64,000 nt of DNA, from NCBI GenBank assembly GCA_047495785.1, contig JBLDXI010000020.1, positions 3,100,001 to 3,164,000 of the forward strand, read 5' to 3'. Each line of letters starts with the position of its first letter. The stretch's first letter is position 1. The DNA is from Lepidodermella squamata. Lineage: Eukaryota; Animalia; Gastrotricha. The position numbers and the translations under genes are program-made. The notes under the pieces are model-generated. The model did no database searches. It was not told where the DNA came from and was given only the letters and a program-made list of their open reading frames with translations. Positions 1 to 11,917 of this stretch are shown here, piece by piece.

Positions 1-3000
1 TCTTTTAGCGATAAGAAAGGGGCAAACCATGGACGGCGAAAGAAGGAGTCTCCGAAGTCATGGTGAGTGTTTTATTCATATTTTGGCAATTATTGCTGCA
101 TTATTAGACGTTGTGGTGATACATATCATGATCTTGGGTCCTGAATTTCAAAATTTACTGGTTTTAATCAAAAATTGAAACAACAAAAAATTGAGGGCTC
201 CCATTCAAGTTATAATGACGTAAATCTTGAAATATTGAGTAATTTTCAAATCGTTTGATTCATACCTAGATAACCCTTGTTTATTTCGTGTTGACAGTGG
301 GTAGGGTGCTGGTCATCCACGGAGGTCAATCTCAGCTGCTGACCGAATACCAGACTTCGCATGAGCTGCTGATGTGCCGACCCGAAGGTGCCTTGCCGAT
401 CAATTGGCCCGCATTGCCCTTGTCGCTGAAAGCTGGTCATCACCTGCTACTTGCCCGCGTCAAGTTTGGCTCGAAATCCTACATCGTTTTTCGATGGTCG
501 CCTAGCTTCAGTGGCTGGTGGACAGTAGAGCCTAGCGGGCGAGTGGTTCGTGGTGTCAGTGATCAGCACATGCGCTCTGACGTCCAATTTGCGATTTACG
601 CTCTGCCTGGCAACCAGACGTTCTGCAATCAAGCCGTCCGTCAATCGCTCGGTGGTCAAAGCAAGGCTGCCTGCGAAATGCATTTCGACTCTGTCGAGTT
701 CAACTTCACTCTTATGAAAGTGCCGGTGAAACATAAGGTGAAGTGTTGCATGCGATCACCGGGAAGAGCCAATCAATGCGGCAAACCTGCTCAGTTGCGC
801 TGTCCTGCGGGCTTGCAGAATGGCAGCTTGTCGTGCAGTGTCGGCATCTGCACGCGGTGCTTCAAGAAGCTTCCAGCGGACGGTATCACCAAGCTCTCAG
901 CGCCTGACTTTCTGCCTGATGTGCCTGAAGATGCTGAATTGCAACTGTCAGCTAGCAGGGCATCGAACTTGGAAGCTCAAGCCGACGAGGTTCCGCCGCA
1001 GCCTGAGCAGCTTCATTTGGCTACTGATATTCAATTTCCTCGAGGCGATGCTGAGCCGCTGTATGATCCGACCAAGGGTATTCTCGCCAAGTATCTCTGG
1101 CAGCACTTGGGAATTCTGCAGCGAACCAGGCTCGCTTTCGATTCTGCCCAGAAGTCTTTTCTACTGCAGCAGATGGTTGCCTTCGGAGATGCCCCTGCTA
1201 CTTCCATCTTGTACCCGGAGGGTGCTCTGTTTCCGTCACTTTTCTATTGCCAACGTGATGGCAGTGTTGTTGGTGCTTTGCCTCACCATCACTACTCGTC
1301 CTACAACTCCGACTATACAGGTGGAATCGGCTCCCTGTCTGATCATGTCAAAGTCAGGTTGCGCAACTTCTTCTTGGCAACAAGCTGGTCGTTTGCGTCA
1401 ATCTACTTCTCCTTTGACATGAAGCTATCGGCGCAGCTGAACAAAAACAGCACTGCAATCTTCATGAAGCGTGGGACAGAAGGCCTGGCAGGTAAAGGCG
1501 CTGTTGGCTGGTCTCCTCCTGGCACGGCTCTCGAATACGAGGAGTTCGACAAGGAGTCGAGGCTGAAAGAGCTTGGCGCCCTAATCAAGCATGAAGAATG
1601 GAAGTGGTTCGGGACAATTACTTGTAATGATACAGGTTAGCACAAGTTTTGGTATTCAATCTCACTCAATTGTAGACTGAATAATTTCTCCAAGAATTGT
1701 TTGAAATTTGAAATTTTACCACCTCGACCTACACAATGCATTATTTTTCAATTCCAGGCACACCTGGTGTATGTGAAATCGTCAAAGCCCTTATGATAAA
1801 CGCTCAAAGGCACCATGGTCCACGCCCTGTTCTGTCGAAGGCCGACTATCAGCGAACTTTTCGTCAGCGTCTGCTCCTTGTTTCAAGGCTTGACGAGACC
1901 GAGTACAAGCGGCTGTACTACGCCCATTTCATCCTCATCAGCATGGCTTGGCAACGAGTGCAGGAGCATCTGATCGAGTTCCTGAAGCGCACGAATGTTG
2001 TTGGCACTGTCACCACTATTTTCGTCAGGAACGAATTTCAGAGCGAATCACTCGTTGGCAACAAAAGTCATCTGCATATGGGCATTTCAGTACGCGAAAG
2101 CCGGGCAGAACTGCTGGAGAAAGTTTGCTGTGATCCTCGTGAATTCTTCTCGGAGCGGTACGGCACGTCATTCGACGAGCTTCAGCGCTTGAGGTTGGTC
2201 GAGAGCCGAGATCACTTCGAGCTGCTCAAGGAGGTCCATTACCCCTTCCAACGTCACGAATGCGAGAAAGCGTTTTGGAAATGTCAAGTTCCACGCGGCG
2301 AAGGAGGGGAAATGGTTTGCCGAGTTCGCCAGCACGGCGTCTCCAGCAGCGGCTATTTCGAAGAATTCCGCAACGTGTACTCCGAGGATACCCTGAAAGA
2401 GCTGCAATCCCTAGACCTCGCCAGAGAAGTGCCCAATCCCACTGGCGACTTTGACTGGGAATTTCTGGCTGATCAGCTCAAGTCGGGCGTGTACCACTAC
2501 GCGATCAAGCATCTCGAGAAGGGCGTGAAGTTCATTCCGCAAATCCCGATCATCGCGGCAATGATGGGCGGCTCCACGAACTTTCAGATATGCGATTCTC
2601 ATTTCAGCGTATCTTACCTGACGAGCTACGTTGCCAGCTCCGACGCTCGCCCTGAAGCTTACGCTGCAACGACAGATGTTCCGGGCCAAGTCGTTGCTTT
2701 GTTCCCTGCTGGTTTTGAGCGAGGTCAAAAGCTTGCTAGTGTTCGGTGAGTAATATCTTTGCACTTCAATTGACTTGAAAAACTTTGATGTTTTTAGGAA
2801 AGTGATGGAAGCGAAGCTGAAGCATTTCCGTCGAGAAAGCATGCAGAGCTTTATCTTCATCGCCTTGACAGAAGTTGCTTGGTTCGCGTTGGGGTTTCCC
2901 TACACCATCACGAATGTCGGTTTCGTACACATCAACACACACCCACCAGCTTCGCGGCTAATGTTGTGGCGACCGAAAGAAGCAGTGAAAAAGCGACTAC

Positions 3001-6000
3001 CGGGTATGCTCTTGAGAATAGTTATTGTGATTATTTTCAAATAATATTCCAAAAACAGGTACAGATGTAGTTGCTGTCGACCCAAACTACAATCGCCGGG
3101 GCCTGCCTCAGTGGCGCTTGTTCACGGAAGCATGCATTCGTCTGATCATGAAAATGAGAGGCACGAATCTGCTAGCTGGCCCTGTCGAGAAGTTCGAGAT
3201 TCGACCTCCCGAGGCTCGTATCTTTGCGTCACCTGCTATCTATCACGCGGTGTTCGTCATCGACCGGAAAAACCGACGACCATACAACCCGATGGTCGAT
3301 CCTTACATCCGTTTTTTCGACGGCTTCAAGCGGGAGGTCCGAATCAACGATTGCAGTTTGCGCATCGCGCTCGACTATCTGGCTCAGCAGGACCAATCCA
3401 ATGCAGCCGTTCAAGCACTCACGGAAATTTTCGAACTCTTGGTCGAAGGCGATCCTGTCTATGTTGACCGGTAACGATCTTTACGTTTTTATAATTTTCG
3501 GAATATTTCAAATGTACGCTGAACTAGGTACTTGCACGTCACAAATAAGGCGGCGATAATTCCAGTCCTATCCACCATCTCTCCGCTCAACCGCTTCAAC
3601 TTCTTGTATCACGTCGTCATGACGTTTGGTCGAATCGAAGATGAGGCTACTACCTTTCCGGCTGGGCATCTCCGGGCGGCATTTGTTCGATCGGGGCTCA
3701 TTCGGGTCAATCCTGAAGGCGAGCCGACCAACCTTCCTGCCGACGTGAGGTCTCTGAAGCGTCGCGTCATTCTCGAAATCTTCGCTTTCCTGCCAATCGG
3801 TGTCAAGAGATTCGATTTTTACGTCGCCACTCTGAAATCCATGTTCGAGCAGTTTTTCTTTGGCGATGGAGGCACCGACAATCTCTCGGCACTGACTGAC
3901 TGGGATGCGATTGAACGGGAAGTTGACGAGGATATTGTCCGAGCGGAAGGAGAAATGAAGCGGTCTGTGGTTGAGGTGACGCATTCGCAGCTTGTCGGGA
4001 AATTGCCGCTACCACCGCTGTCGGATTTCACTGACGCTACATCGTGTCAACCTTTGGAATGGATTCCGAGTCTTCAACGACAACCAGGTCAGTCGGACCA
4101 GTCTTTCCAGGAGCAGCAGGCGGCTCTGGCTTTCGGTATGAAGACACTCGAACGCTTCCGAAGCAGAGCTAGCTTCAAGCACATCGCACTGGTTGGTCCT
4201 CCTGGGGCTGGAAAGACAACGCTGGCGCAGATCCTTGCCATGGTTGCCGTTTCTAAGGGACTACGAGTTGTCATTACTGCTTTGACCTCGGAGCGAGCAC
4301 GAGTTCTTGGCGGTCGGCACATCCACCTGCTTTTTCCTTTGCCGGTTAAGCAAATACCGTACAAAAATGTAATGGCGTATGCTGACGGCTGCCTCAAGAA
4401 TCTGTGTTTCAAGACTACGCCGTCTGTTGTCCTATATCGGGCTGACGTCTTCATCATCGAAGAAATTGGGCTGGTCTCTGCTGAAACCCTGGAAATCTTG
4501 GACACAGTTATGAGGAGTCTTACAGGTAAGCAAACCAGCATTCAATTATTACTGGTATTTATAGTTTTCATTAGGAGTCGATGCGAAAATGGGTGGCAAA
4601 TTGATCATTGCTACCGGGGACTTTGCTCAGCTCGAGACGATCAATGGTGAGAGTTGATTTATTGCAATACTAACATGTATATTGTATTTGTTTTTTTTAA
4701 TTATCCCAGGTCGATCCTTTTGGGAATCAACACAATTGTACCTCAGCTACGACGTCGCATTGTTGAAACATTTCGTTCGGGCTGCCACTGACCCGCTACT
4801 CCAGCGGGTGCTGTTGATTTTGCGGCAAGGCGTTCTTGACGAGATTGACCGGGACTTCATCCTCAAAGCTGTGACTAGAACGTGCAACTTTTACGACACT
4901 TGGGACAACGTTCCGTTCCTTGTCCAGCGGATCGTCCCAACAAGAGAAGCTGAACAAGAGGTTAGTTGGAAACGGAAAATTTTGGTGATCACTCTTGCCT
5001 TTCATTAATTGATCAGGTCATTCGGAAGTTCCTGCAAGACGCTAGTCTCAGTGGCAAGACTTTGAAAACAGCTCTATGCATCGACGAAGTAAACACGCGT
5101 GGTGCCTGGGAACCTCTTCACCGTCCCGAATGGAAAAAAGCTATCAACAAACAGTCACTCAAGCCCGAGAACTTAACGCTCTTTGTTGGTGCTGTGGTTG
5201 CTATGACCTACAATCACGTAGCGTCGAACCCGCAACACTCCTTCTCCCAAGGGCAGCTAGCTCTGGTGACGCAGTTGCCGGAAGACATGGCCGCACCGGA
5301 TGCCAAAATTTCTGTCCGCTTGGTTCCTCCAGGGCTGCGTGACATTGCACCAGATGAGGCTTGGCCAGAAATAAGTGTGGGCCGGCATCGGGACGATAAC
5401 ATTGTTGTTGGCGACAACAAAACGCACCTGCGTCGTGTTCAGTTTCCGCTGCGGCATTACATTGCCTCGACTATTCATCGTGAGTGCTAACCTTGTTTTT
5501 ATATTCAAGTATATAAAAATGTTAATTGTTTTCAGGAATCATGGGTTCTACCTGCGAGAACGGCGTTGCAGCCAAGATTGCTTCCAACGAGAAGGTACGT
5601 ATTGCGAACAATAACTGTGGATATTGATATGTTCAATGTACTGTAATGAAGGGCTACGTGCTATGGGAACGGGCGCAGCTTGCTGTCATTCTCTCGCGGT
5701 GCCGTTCACTTGACCGTGTGTCATTTGTTGGCGAACGCGCAGACATCACTGTGGCCATCGAAAGGCTGTTGATGGCAGTCGATGAGCCATACGAGGCTAT
5801 CGTCGCATCGCTGCAAACGCTGGACGTGCTGCCTACCTCAACAGTCGCCAGTAACTGGTCAGCCGGACGACAGCAGCAGGTCAGCGACCCCGACGAACTG
5901 CCCGACATCACGTTCCGCGTTTTACGAACAACTTCCGGGTTAGTCCACTTACTTATTTGGCTCTTTGTATAGTCAACTCACTAATTGCGTATGTCCCATT

Positions 6001-7007
6001 ATATATCGAGTCTTGACAGTTCATATTTCTATAACCATTTTATTATATTTCAAAATAGAATAAGTCGAACGTTTTCAAGAAAATTTTTCTTATAGATCAT
6101 TCACGATCGAGCAGCTTGGCGATGCTCAAACTTCCATCCCATTGTAAGTATGGCATTGTTCATCTGCTTTATATACTATTCAAAACTTCTTCATAGCCCT
6201 GCAACCGTTGACCAGGCAAGCTCCTCCGATGCGCCTGTTGTCCCACGGTTAGTATAACCTATCAATTCCATTTCATTGCTTCAAATTCTGCTCAATTTAT
6301 CAGAGTGCCGACATTGTTGGACTTCTACCGCGTCGTCGGTCCTGATTTGTCGGAACGCGAGCCCAATGGCGTCGTTTATCAATTGGTGGAGGTGGCTCAG
6401 CCGTGGGCCAGCTACTTTGGCGAAACCGAGCAAGCGCCTCTACAGCGACTTTATGACCACAATCACAGTAAATACAAGAGAGACTAAAAAAATCGAACTG
6501 CTAACATTTGATTTCAGATGCAGGGGCCGCGATGACTCGCGGCAAGCAATGGCATTTGTACGCCGTCGCTCGTGGCTTGCCTGATGACGAAACCAGGTTG
6601 AACCTGGAGAAAAGGTGCCAGGACCTTATTACAGCGCAACCTGAGCTTTTGCCGTGGCAAGTTAGGACCAAATTTGAGTCCTACGTGGACGACATCAACG
6701 CTCGCCTGCATGGGTCCACTGCTGTAATTCGTTACGGCGAGTTGGACGAGGCTAAGGTTCACCGCCTGCGTATGATCTCCTTGTGAGTCAGCTGATGGAT
6801 GTCATTCTTTTTACTCAATCCTTTCACTTTTCAGCACGTCGACAATTAGAGTAGCACCGGCGCCACCGTCAGCGCAAGAAGAAGCAGGTGAACTAATCGA
6901 CCAAGATCCGCCCCCAAAGCGGTAAATAGATTTAAGTTCACATTTGCTTGTAGCTTTTTACTATTATTTTCAGAATTCATCTCGCAAATAATTGTTCGCC
7001 GTCTTGA
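1..7007 (+). CDS. 3' part of a spliced Helitron-like Rep-helicase-GIY-YIG gene, copy 1 (5' end lies outside the window)
   Basis: Exons join in frame: 298-1635, 1758-2745, 2798-3003, 3059-3470, 3528-4525, 4575-4646, 4710-4960, 5017-5479, 5536-5594, 5652-5938, 6096-6143, 6197-6247, 6304-6467, 6518-6782, 6835-6921, 6974-7007. Rep motifs: FGTITCN, RNEFQ..KSHLH, YLTSY. Helicase motifs: GPPGAGKT, IIEEIG, GDFAQL, QFPL..ASTIHR, AQLAVILSR. Confidence 0.85.
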
Positions 7008-7490
7008 TGTTTCTGCCGATCTTCCGATAAATGAAATGTTCCAATTCAATGTTTTTCCTAGTAGTAGCCAATAAACGTATCGCACTTTTTCTAATAGTGT
7101 TTATTGAATCAGAGTTATCAGATCGACTTGACTTAATATGAATCAAATCGCCACGAAACCGTAATTTTTCTGATCCTTGTGCTTCGTCCATTATATAATT
7201 TTTCTAAAAGATTACCTAACCTCATTGCCATGCTCTTGGCTCTGTGGCAACCGAACCATATTCATCTCACAAGTTGGCACTATAGTTGCTTCCGGAACCC
7301 ACCATAAAGATGACAGATCTTAGTTTCAAGTTTTTCCATTGCATCACCATTGCTAAATCAAAATCCATCAAATAAAAATGCTTCCCTGCGTAAATCTATA
7401 ATTTCAAATCTTAATCACGGAAAATAGGGTTTATATCAAATCAAATCAAACCCAAAGCACTGATGAGAATATCAAATTTCAAATGTCATT
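1..7490 (+). mobile_element. Helitron-like rolling-circle unit, copy 1 (partial)
   Basis: Near-identical to 15000-22489 at an exact offset of 14,999 bp (for example ORFs 288/15287 and 3532/18531). Confidence 0.8.
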
Positions 7491-8109
7491 AACACTGGGG
7501 TGAGGGGGAGCCACCGTCCCCTCCAACGACGTGGAGGGGATCTCCAAGGGGTGGTTCGAGTCCTTACCCATTACCCAGGAGAGTGGAGAAAAAGAAAGAA
7601 AAGGCTAGCGCAGCGTAAGCCTTGTCGAACTCTCCTGGATGGGGGCGCGACTCTGGGAGTTCCGAAGGAACGCCAGTTCCTTTACACGTGTTTTACACAT
7701 ACGCCGTAGATTACCACGAACGAAGTGAGATTTCATCCCAACAGGGGGGCCCGAGAACGCGTTGGTTAACAGGACATTCTCCGATGAAGCCGCCCGATTT
7801 ATGGTAGTATCCTGGACCCCTCAGGACCTCCCAGAAACTTTTTCAGCTCTAACGGACCTTCCGTTGATTTTCTAGAAATTAGGACGGTTTTTTCCTATTT
7901 TACCGTATTTTTTGGTCACGTGACCCGGAATGGGTAGTATATGAGGGGACAGTAGGAGGATATGATAAGGACACCAAAAAACTAACCACGCTAACCAGAG
8001 TATCCAAGCCAGCTGACAGGCTGGCCCCTCGCCCCTGGGGGAGAGGGGCCTACAATAAATCAACAATGCTAGCTGGCGACCAAAGAGCAAACGACGAAAA
8101 GGCAATATA
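7491..8109 (+). repeat. Module M copy 1: ~620-bp GC-rich, hairpin-rich direct repeat
   Basis: Runs aacactggggtgaggggg...ggcaatata. Recurs at 22490, 24953, 30619 and 59351 in the same orientation. Confidence 0.9.
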
Positions 8110-8464
8110 CGTAAAAGTCAAGGTCAATTGAACAATTCTGCGGCGAATAAATTGTGCATTTTCCATATACAACAATAGGTTTACATGTAATCGACAACGG
8201 AGAATCCGAATATGACGTTCATTTTGTTATGAAGCAATTATAACCCAATGATAGCCCCTCCAACTAATTTTTCTGTTCACTGCTATGGAGTTGGCATGGT
8301 TATATTTTTTATTAAATAACATAATGCAGTTCAAGTTTCAGGGCTCGAAGTTTTAAAGCACATTTTTAAGTGAGCGGTTCAATAACGCACTGTCTTATTT
8401 CCATATTCATATGCATGCGCAGAAACAAAAAAAAATAATAATAACAATAAAAAATTAAAAGAAA

Positions 8465-8543
8465 ATGTGTCGCGGCCGGGACTCGAACCCTCCATTAACT
8501 GCATTTCACAACGTTACACTGAAACCACTCGGCCACAACACAT
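8465..8543 (-). other. tRNA-like / SINE-head-like element with Pol III A and B boxes
   Basis: Minus strand reads GTGTTGTGGCCGAGTGG (A box) ... GGGTTCGAGTCCCGGCCGCGACAC (B box). The ends pair and are followed by TTTT. No convincing anticodon arm. Confidence 0.5.
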
Positions 8544-9274
8544 CTGACATATCCATCGCAAATTAAATTTCAATTAAATATTCAACGAAATTATCAAAAC
8601 AGTTTCCAGCGCCTTCCGGGAATCGGACGCGTCTCTATATAATTTATTCACTATATAATTCGCTACGCAGTGGTTCGGAAGGCAGTGGTTCGATTGCTGC
8701 TCACATCACATTTTTCCTTCTCATTTTTTCTTCTTAAAATCAGATTTATTTCTGTTTAATTTTTTTGCAGAGTGAGCAATAAAAAATAAACGTTTACCAT
8801 TCACGTGAATCTTCATGAGTACAAAGTGCATGCCTGTCATATGGCCGACACGCGATTCAGCATCAGCTGTTTCACGGCGCAGCGGCGGCAACAGCAAGCA
8901 GACGGTTCGATCCGGTATTCAACCATCATTCACAACGATTTATTTCTCTTCAAAACAACCTCTATTTCCCTAATCATTAGAATTACTTATGCTGCCAGCT
9001 CCTATCAATCTATCTTCCGCTCGAATCGATAACATTGTGACAATGTTGCTCTCTCAGGTTTGCTAGTATATTATTCCCAGTTCATATCACCATTCCCACT
9101 ATAATTACAGCTACTGGATGAAATGGCGATTTCAACACTGTTGTCCACTTTGGTTTTCCATGGTCACTACTCCCTACCAGAAAGCGGTGAGTACATTATT
9201 TTCCTCATTCATTTTTTTTACTATTGTAAAATTTATTGATTTTTTCATTCATTAACACGTTTTTTTTGCTCCCC

Positions 9275-11217
9275 AATATTTTCTTTCGTCGTTATGCTCC
9301 CGTATTCGACGTTTTCGCCATCAGCAACGTCGATTCCACTAATTCATGTCATTTAATTTTACCCTGATTTACTTTTTTCAAGAATTTTTTCAAACTTTGA
9401 AATTCCAAACCAAGGTCGTAGGTTGGTGCCCGACCTCTCATTTTTTCGCCCTCAAATATTTTCTTTCATCGATATGCTCCCGTTCTCGACGTTTTCGCCA
9501 TCAGCAACGTCGATTCCACTAATTCATGTCAATTAATTTTACCCTGATTTACTTTTTTCAAGAATTTTTTCAAACTTTGAAATTCCAAACCAAGGTCGTA
9601 GGTTGGTGCCCGACCTCTCATTTTTTCGCCCTCAAATATTTTCTTTCATCGATATGCTCCCGTTCTCGACGTTTTCGCCATCAGCAACGTCGATTCCACT
9701 AATTCATGTCAATTAATTTTACCCTGATTTACTTTTTTCAAGAATTTTTTCAAACTTTGAAATTCCAAACCAAGGTCGTAGGTTGGTGCCCGACCTCTCA
9801 TTTTTTCGCCCTCAAATATTTTCTTTCATCGATATGCTCCCGTTCTCGACGTTTTCGCCATCAGCAACGTCGATTCCACTAATTCATGTCAATTAATTTT
9901 ACCCTGATTTACTTTTTTCAAGAATTTTTTCAAACTTTGAAATTCCAAACCAAGGTCGTAGGTTGGTGCCCGACCTCTCATTTTTTCGCCCTCAAATATT
10001 TTCTTTCATCGATATGCTCCCGTTCTCGACGTTTTCGCCATCAGCAACGTCGATTCCACTAATTCATGTCAATTAATTTTACCCTGATTTACTTTTTTCA
10101 AGAATTTTTTCTAACTTTGAAATTCCAAACCAAGGTCGTAGGTTGGTGCCCGACCTCTCATTTTTTCGCCCTCAAATATTTTCTTTCATCGATATGCTCC
10201 CGTTCTCGACGTTTTCGCCATCAGCAACGTCGATTCCACTAATTCATGTCAATTAATTTTACCCTGATTTACTTTTTTCAAGAATTTTTTCAAACTTTGA
10301 AATTCCAAACCAAGGTCGTAGGTTGGTGCCCGACCTCTCATTTTTTCGCCCTCAAATATTTTCTTTCATCGATATGCTCCCGTTCTCGACGTTTTCGCCA
10401 TCAGCAACGTCGATTCCACTAATTCATGTCAATTAATTTTACCCTGATTAACTTTTTTCAAGAATTTTTTCAAACTTTGAAATCCCAAACCAAGGTCGTA
10501 GGTTGGTGCCCGACCTCTCATTTTTTCGCCCTCAAATATTTTCTTTCATCGATATGCTCCCGTTCTCGACGTTTTCGCCATCAGCAACGTCGATTCCACT
10601 AATTCATGTCAATTAATTTTACCCTGATTTACTTTTTTCAAGAATTTTTTCAAACTTTGAAATTCCAAACCAAGGTCGTAGGTTGGTGCCCGACCTCTCA
10701 TTTTTTCGCCCTCAAATATTTTCTTTCATCGATATGCTCCCGTTCTCGACGTTTTCGCCATCAGCAACGTCGATTCCACTAATTCATGTAAATTAATTCT
10801 ACCCTGATTTACTTTTTTCAAGAATTTTTTCAAACTTTGAAATCCCAAACCAAGGTCGTAGGTTGGTGCCCGACCTCTCATTTTTTCGCCCTCAAATATT
10901 TTCTTTCATCGATATGCTCCCGTTCTCGACGTTTTCGCCATCAGCAACGTCGATTCCACTAATTCATGTCAATTAATTTTACCCTGATTTACTTTTTTCA
11001 AGAATTTTTTCAAACTTTGAAATCCCAAACCAAGGTCGTAGGTTGGTGCCCGACCTCTCATTTTTTCGCCCTCAAATATTTTCTTTCATCGATATGCTCC
11101 CGTTCTCGAAGTTTTCGCCATCAGCAACGTCGATTCCACTAATTCATGTCAATTAATTTTACCCTGATTTACTTTTTTCAAGAATTTTTTCAAACTTTGA
11201 AATTCCAAACGAAGGTC
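9275..11217. repeat. 180-bp tandem satellite, ~10.8 near-identical units
   Basis: Exact 180-bp period (units at 9301, 9481 ... 11101) with only scattered substitutions. Confidence 0.97.
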
Positions 11218-11917
11218 ATTTTTTTGAATTTTAGAATTTCGGAAATTTATATTAGCATTTCATTTTTTTTTATTTTTTCTCTTTTTTACCAGTTTGCGAA
11301 TCGAATGACCGATGTTGCACATGCTGTAATCAAATGGCTGAAAACGATTTCAAGACGAAGTGATTTGTGATTTTTCAAACGTGCTACTTCATTTGAACGT
11401 TGTTTACCAGCTTTGCTGTATGATGCTTTTTAAATTATATTGTTCCAAACCCCATTTTCGCTGACCCAGGCAGTAATAGGGTAGAGATGCCGTCTCAATG
11501 CCCGGCTATGCAGTTAAATAGCCAACCGACGTTGGAATAGTCGGTATAAACTTCCACCGTCCCGGCTCAGACGGCGAAAACGACCACGTCTTGGTGAGAC
11601 GGTAAAAAAAACTCCGACAAGGCAAGGTCGGTAAAAAACTTCCAAAATGTCCGCAGGGCTGAGCGACCAGCGCCCTCACTGTGATTCGTCACAAATACTA
11701 AGCTGGAAGGGAACCTATGACGATCTGTCAGGCATCTTCGGATCCGAGGTTTCTCCCCGATATTTCAATTATTGATGTGCATTGGTAATTTCAATAAAAT
11801 ATGTTTTTCATTTCAATATATTTTTTTTAATTGATGTTCTTCATTCCATTCGCATATGGTGTTATTTTTTATTTATCTAGTTTTATGATGACAATTTTGT
11901 GATTATGAACTGGAATC

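Noticed and set aside
820-4541. Overlapping alternative-frame and antisense ORFs (for example 820-1422, 2411-2860, 4089-4541)
   Set aside because: Shadows of the GC-rich coding exons, with no recognisable motifs.
7455-7490. Hammerhead ribozyme (CTGATGAG)
   Set aside because: No matching stem II or GAAA core follows.
7495-7580. tRNA gene at the start of M
   Set aside because: Has GGTTCGAGTCC but no proper D arm or anticodon arm, and the motif is altered in copy 4.
7851-7875. Canonical Helitron 3' end (hairpin plus CTAG)
   Set aside because: CTAG is followed by A rather than T, is TTAG in M copy 3, and homology among M copies continues on both sides.
9275-11217. CRISPR array
   Set aside because: Units are fully repeated with no unique spacers, there are no cas genes, and the context is eukaryotic.
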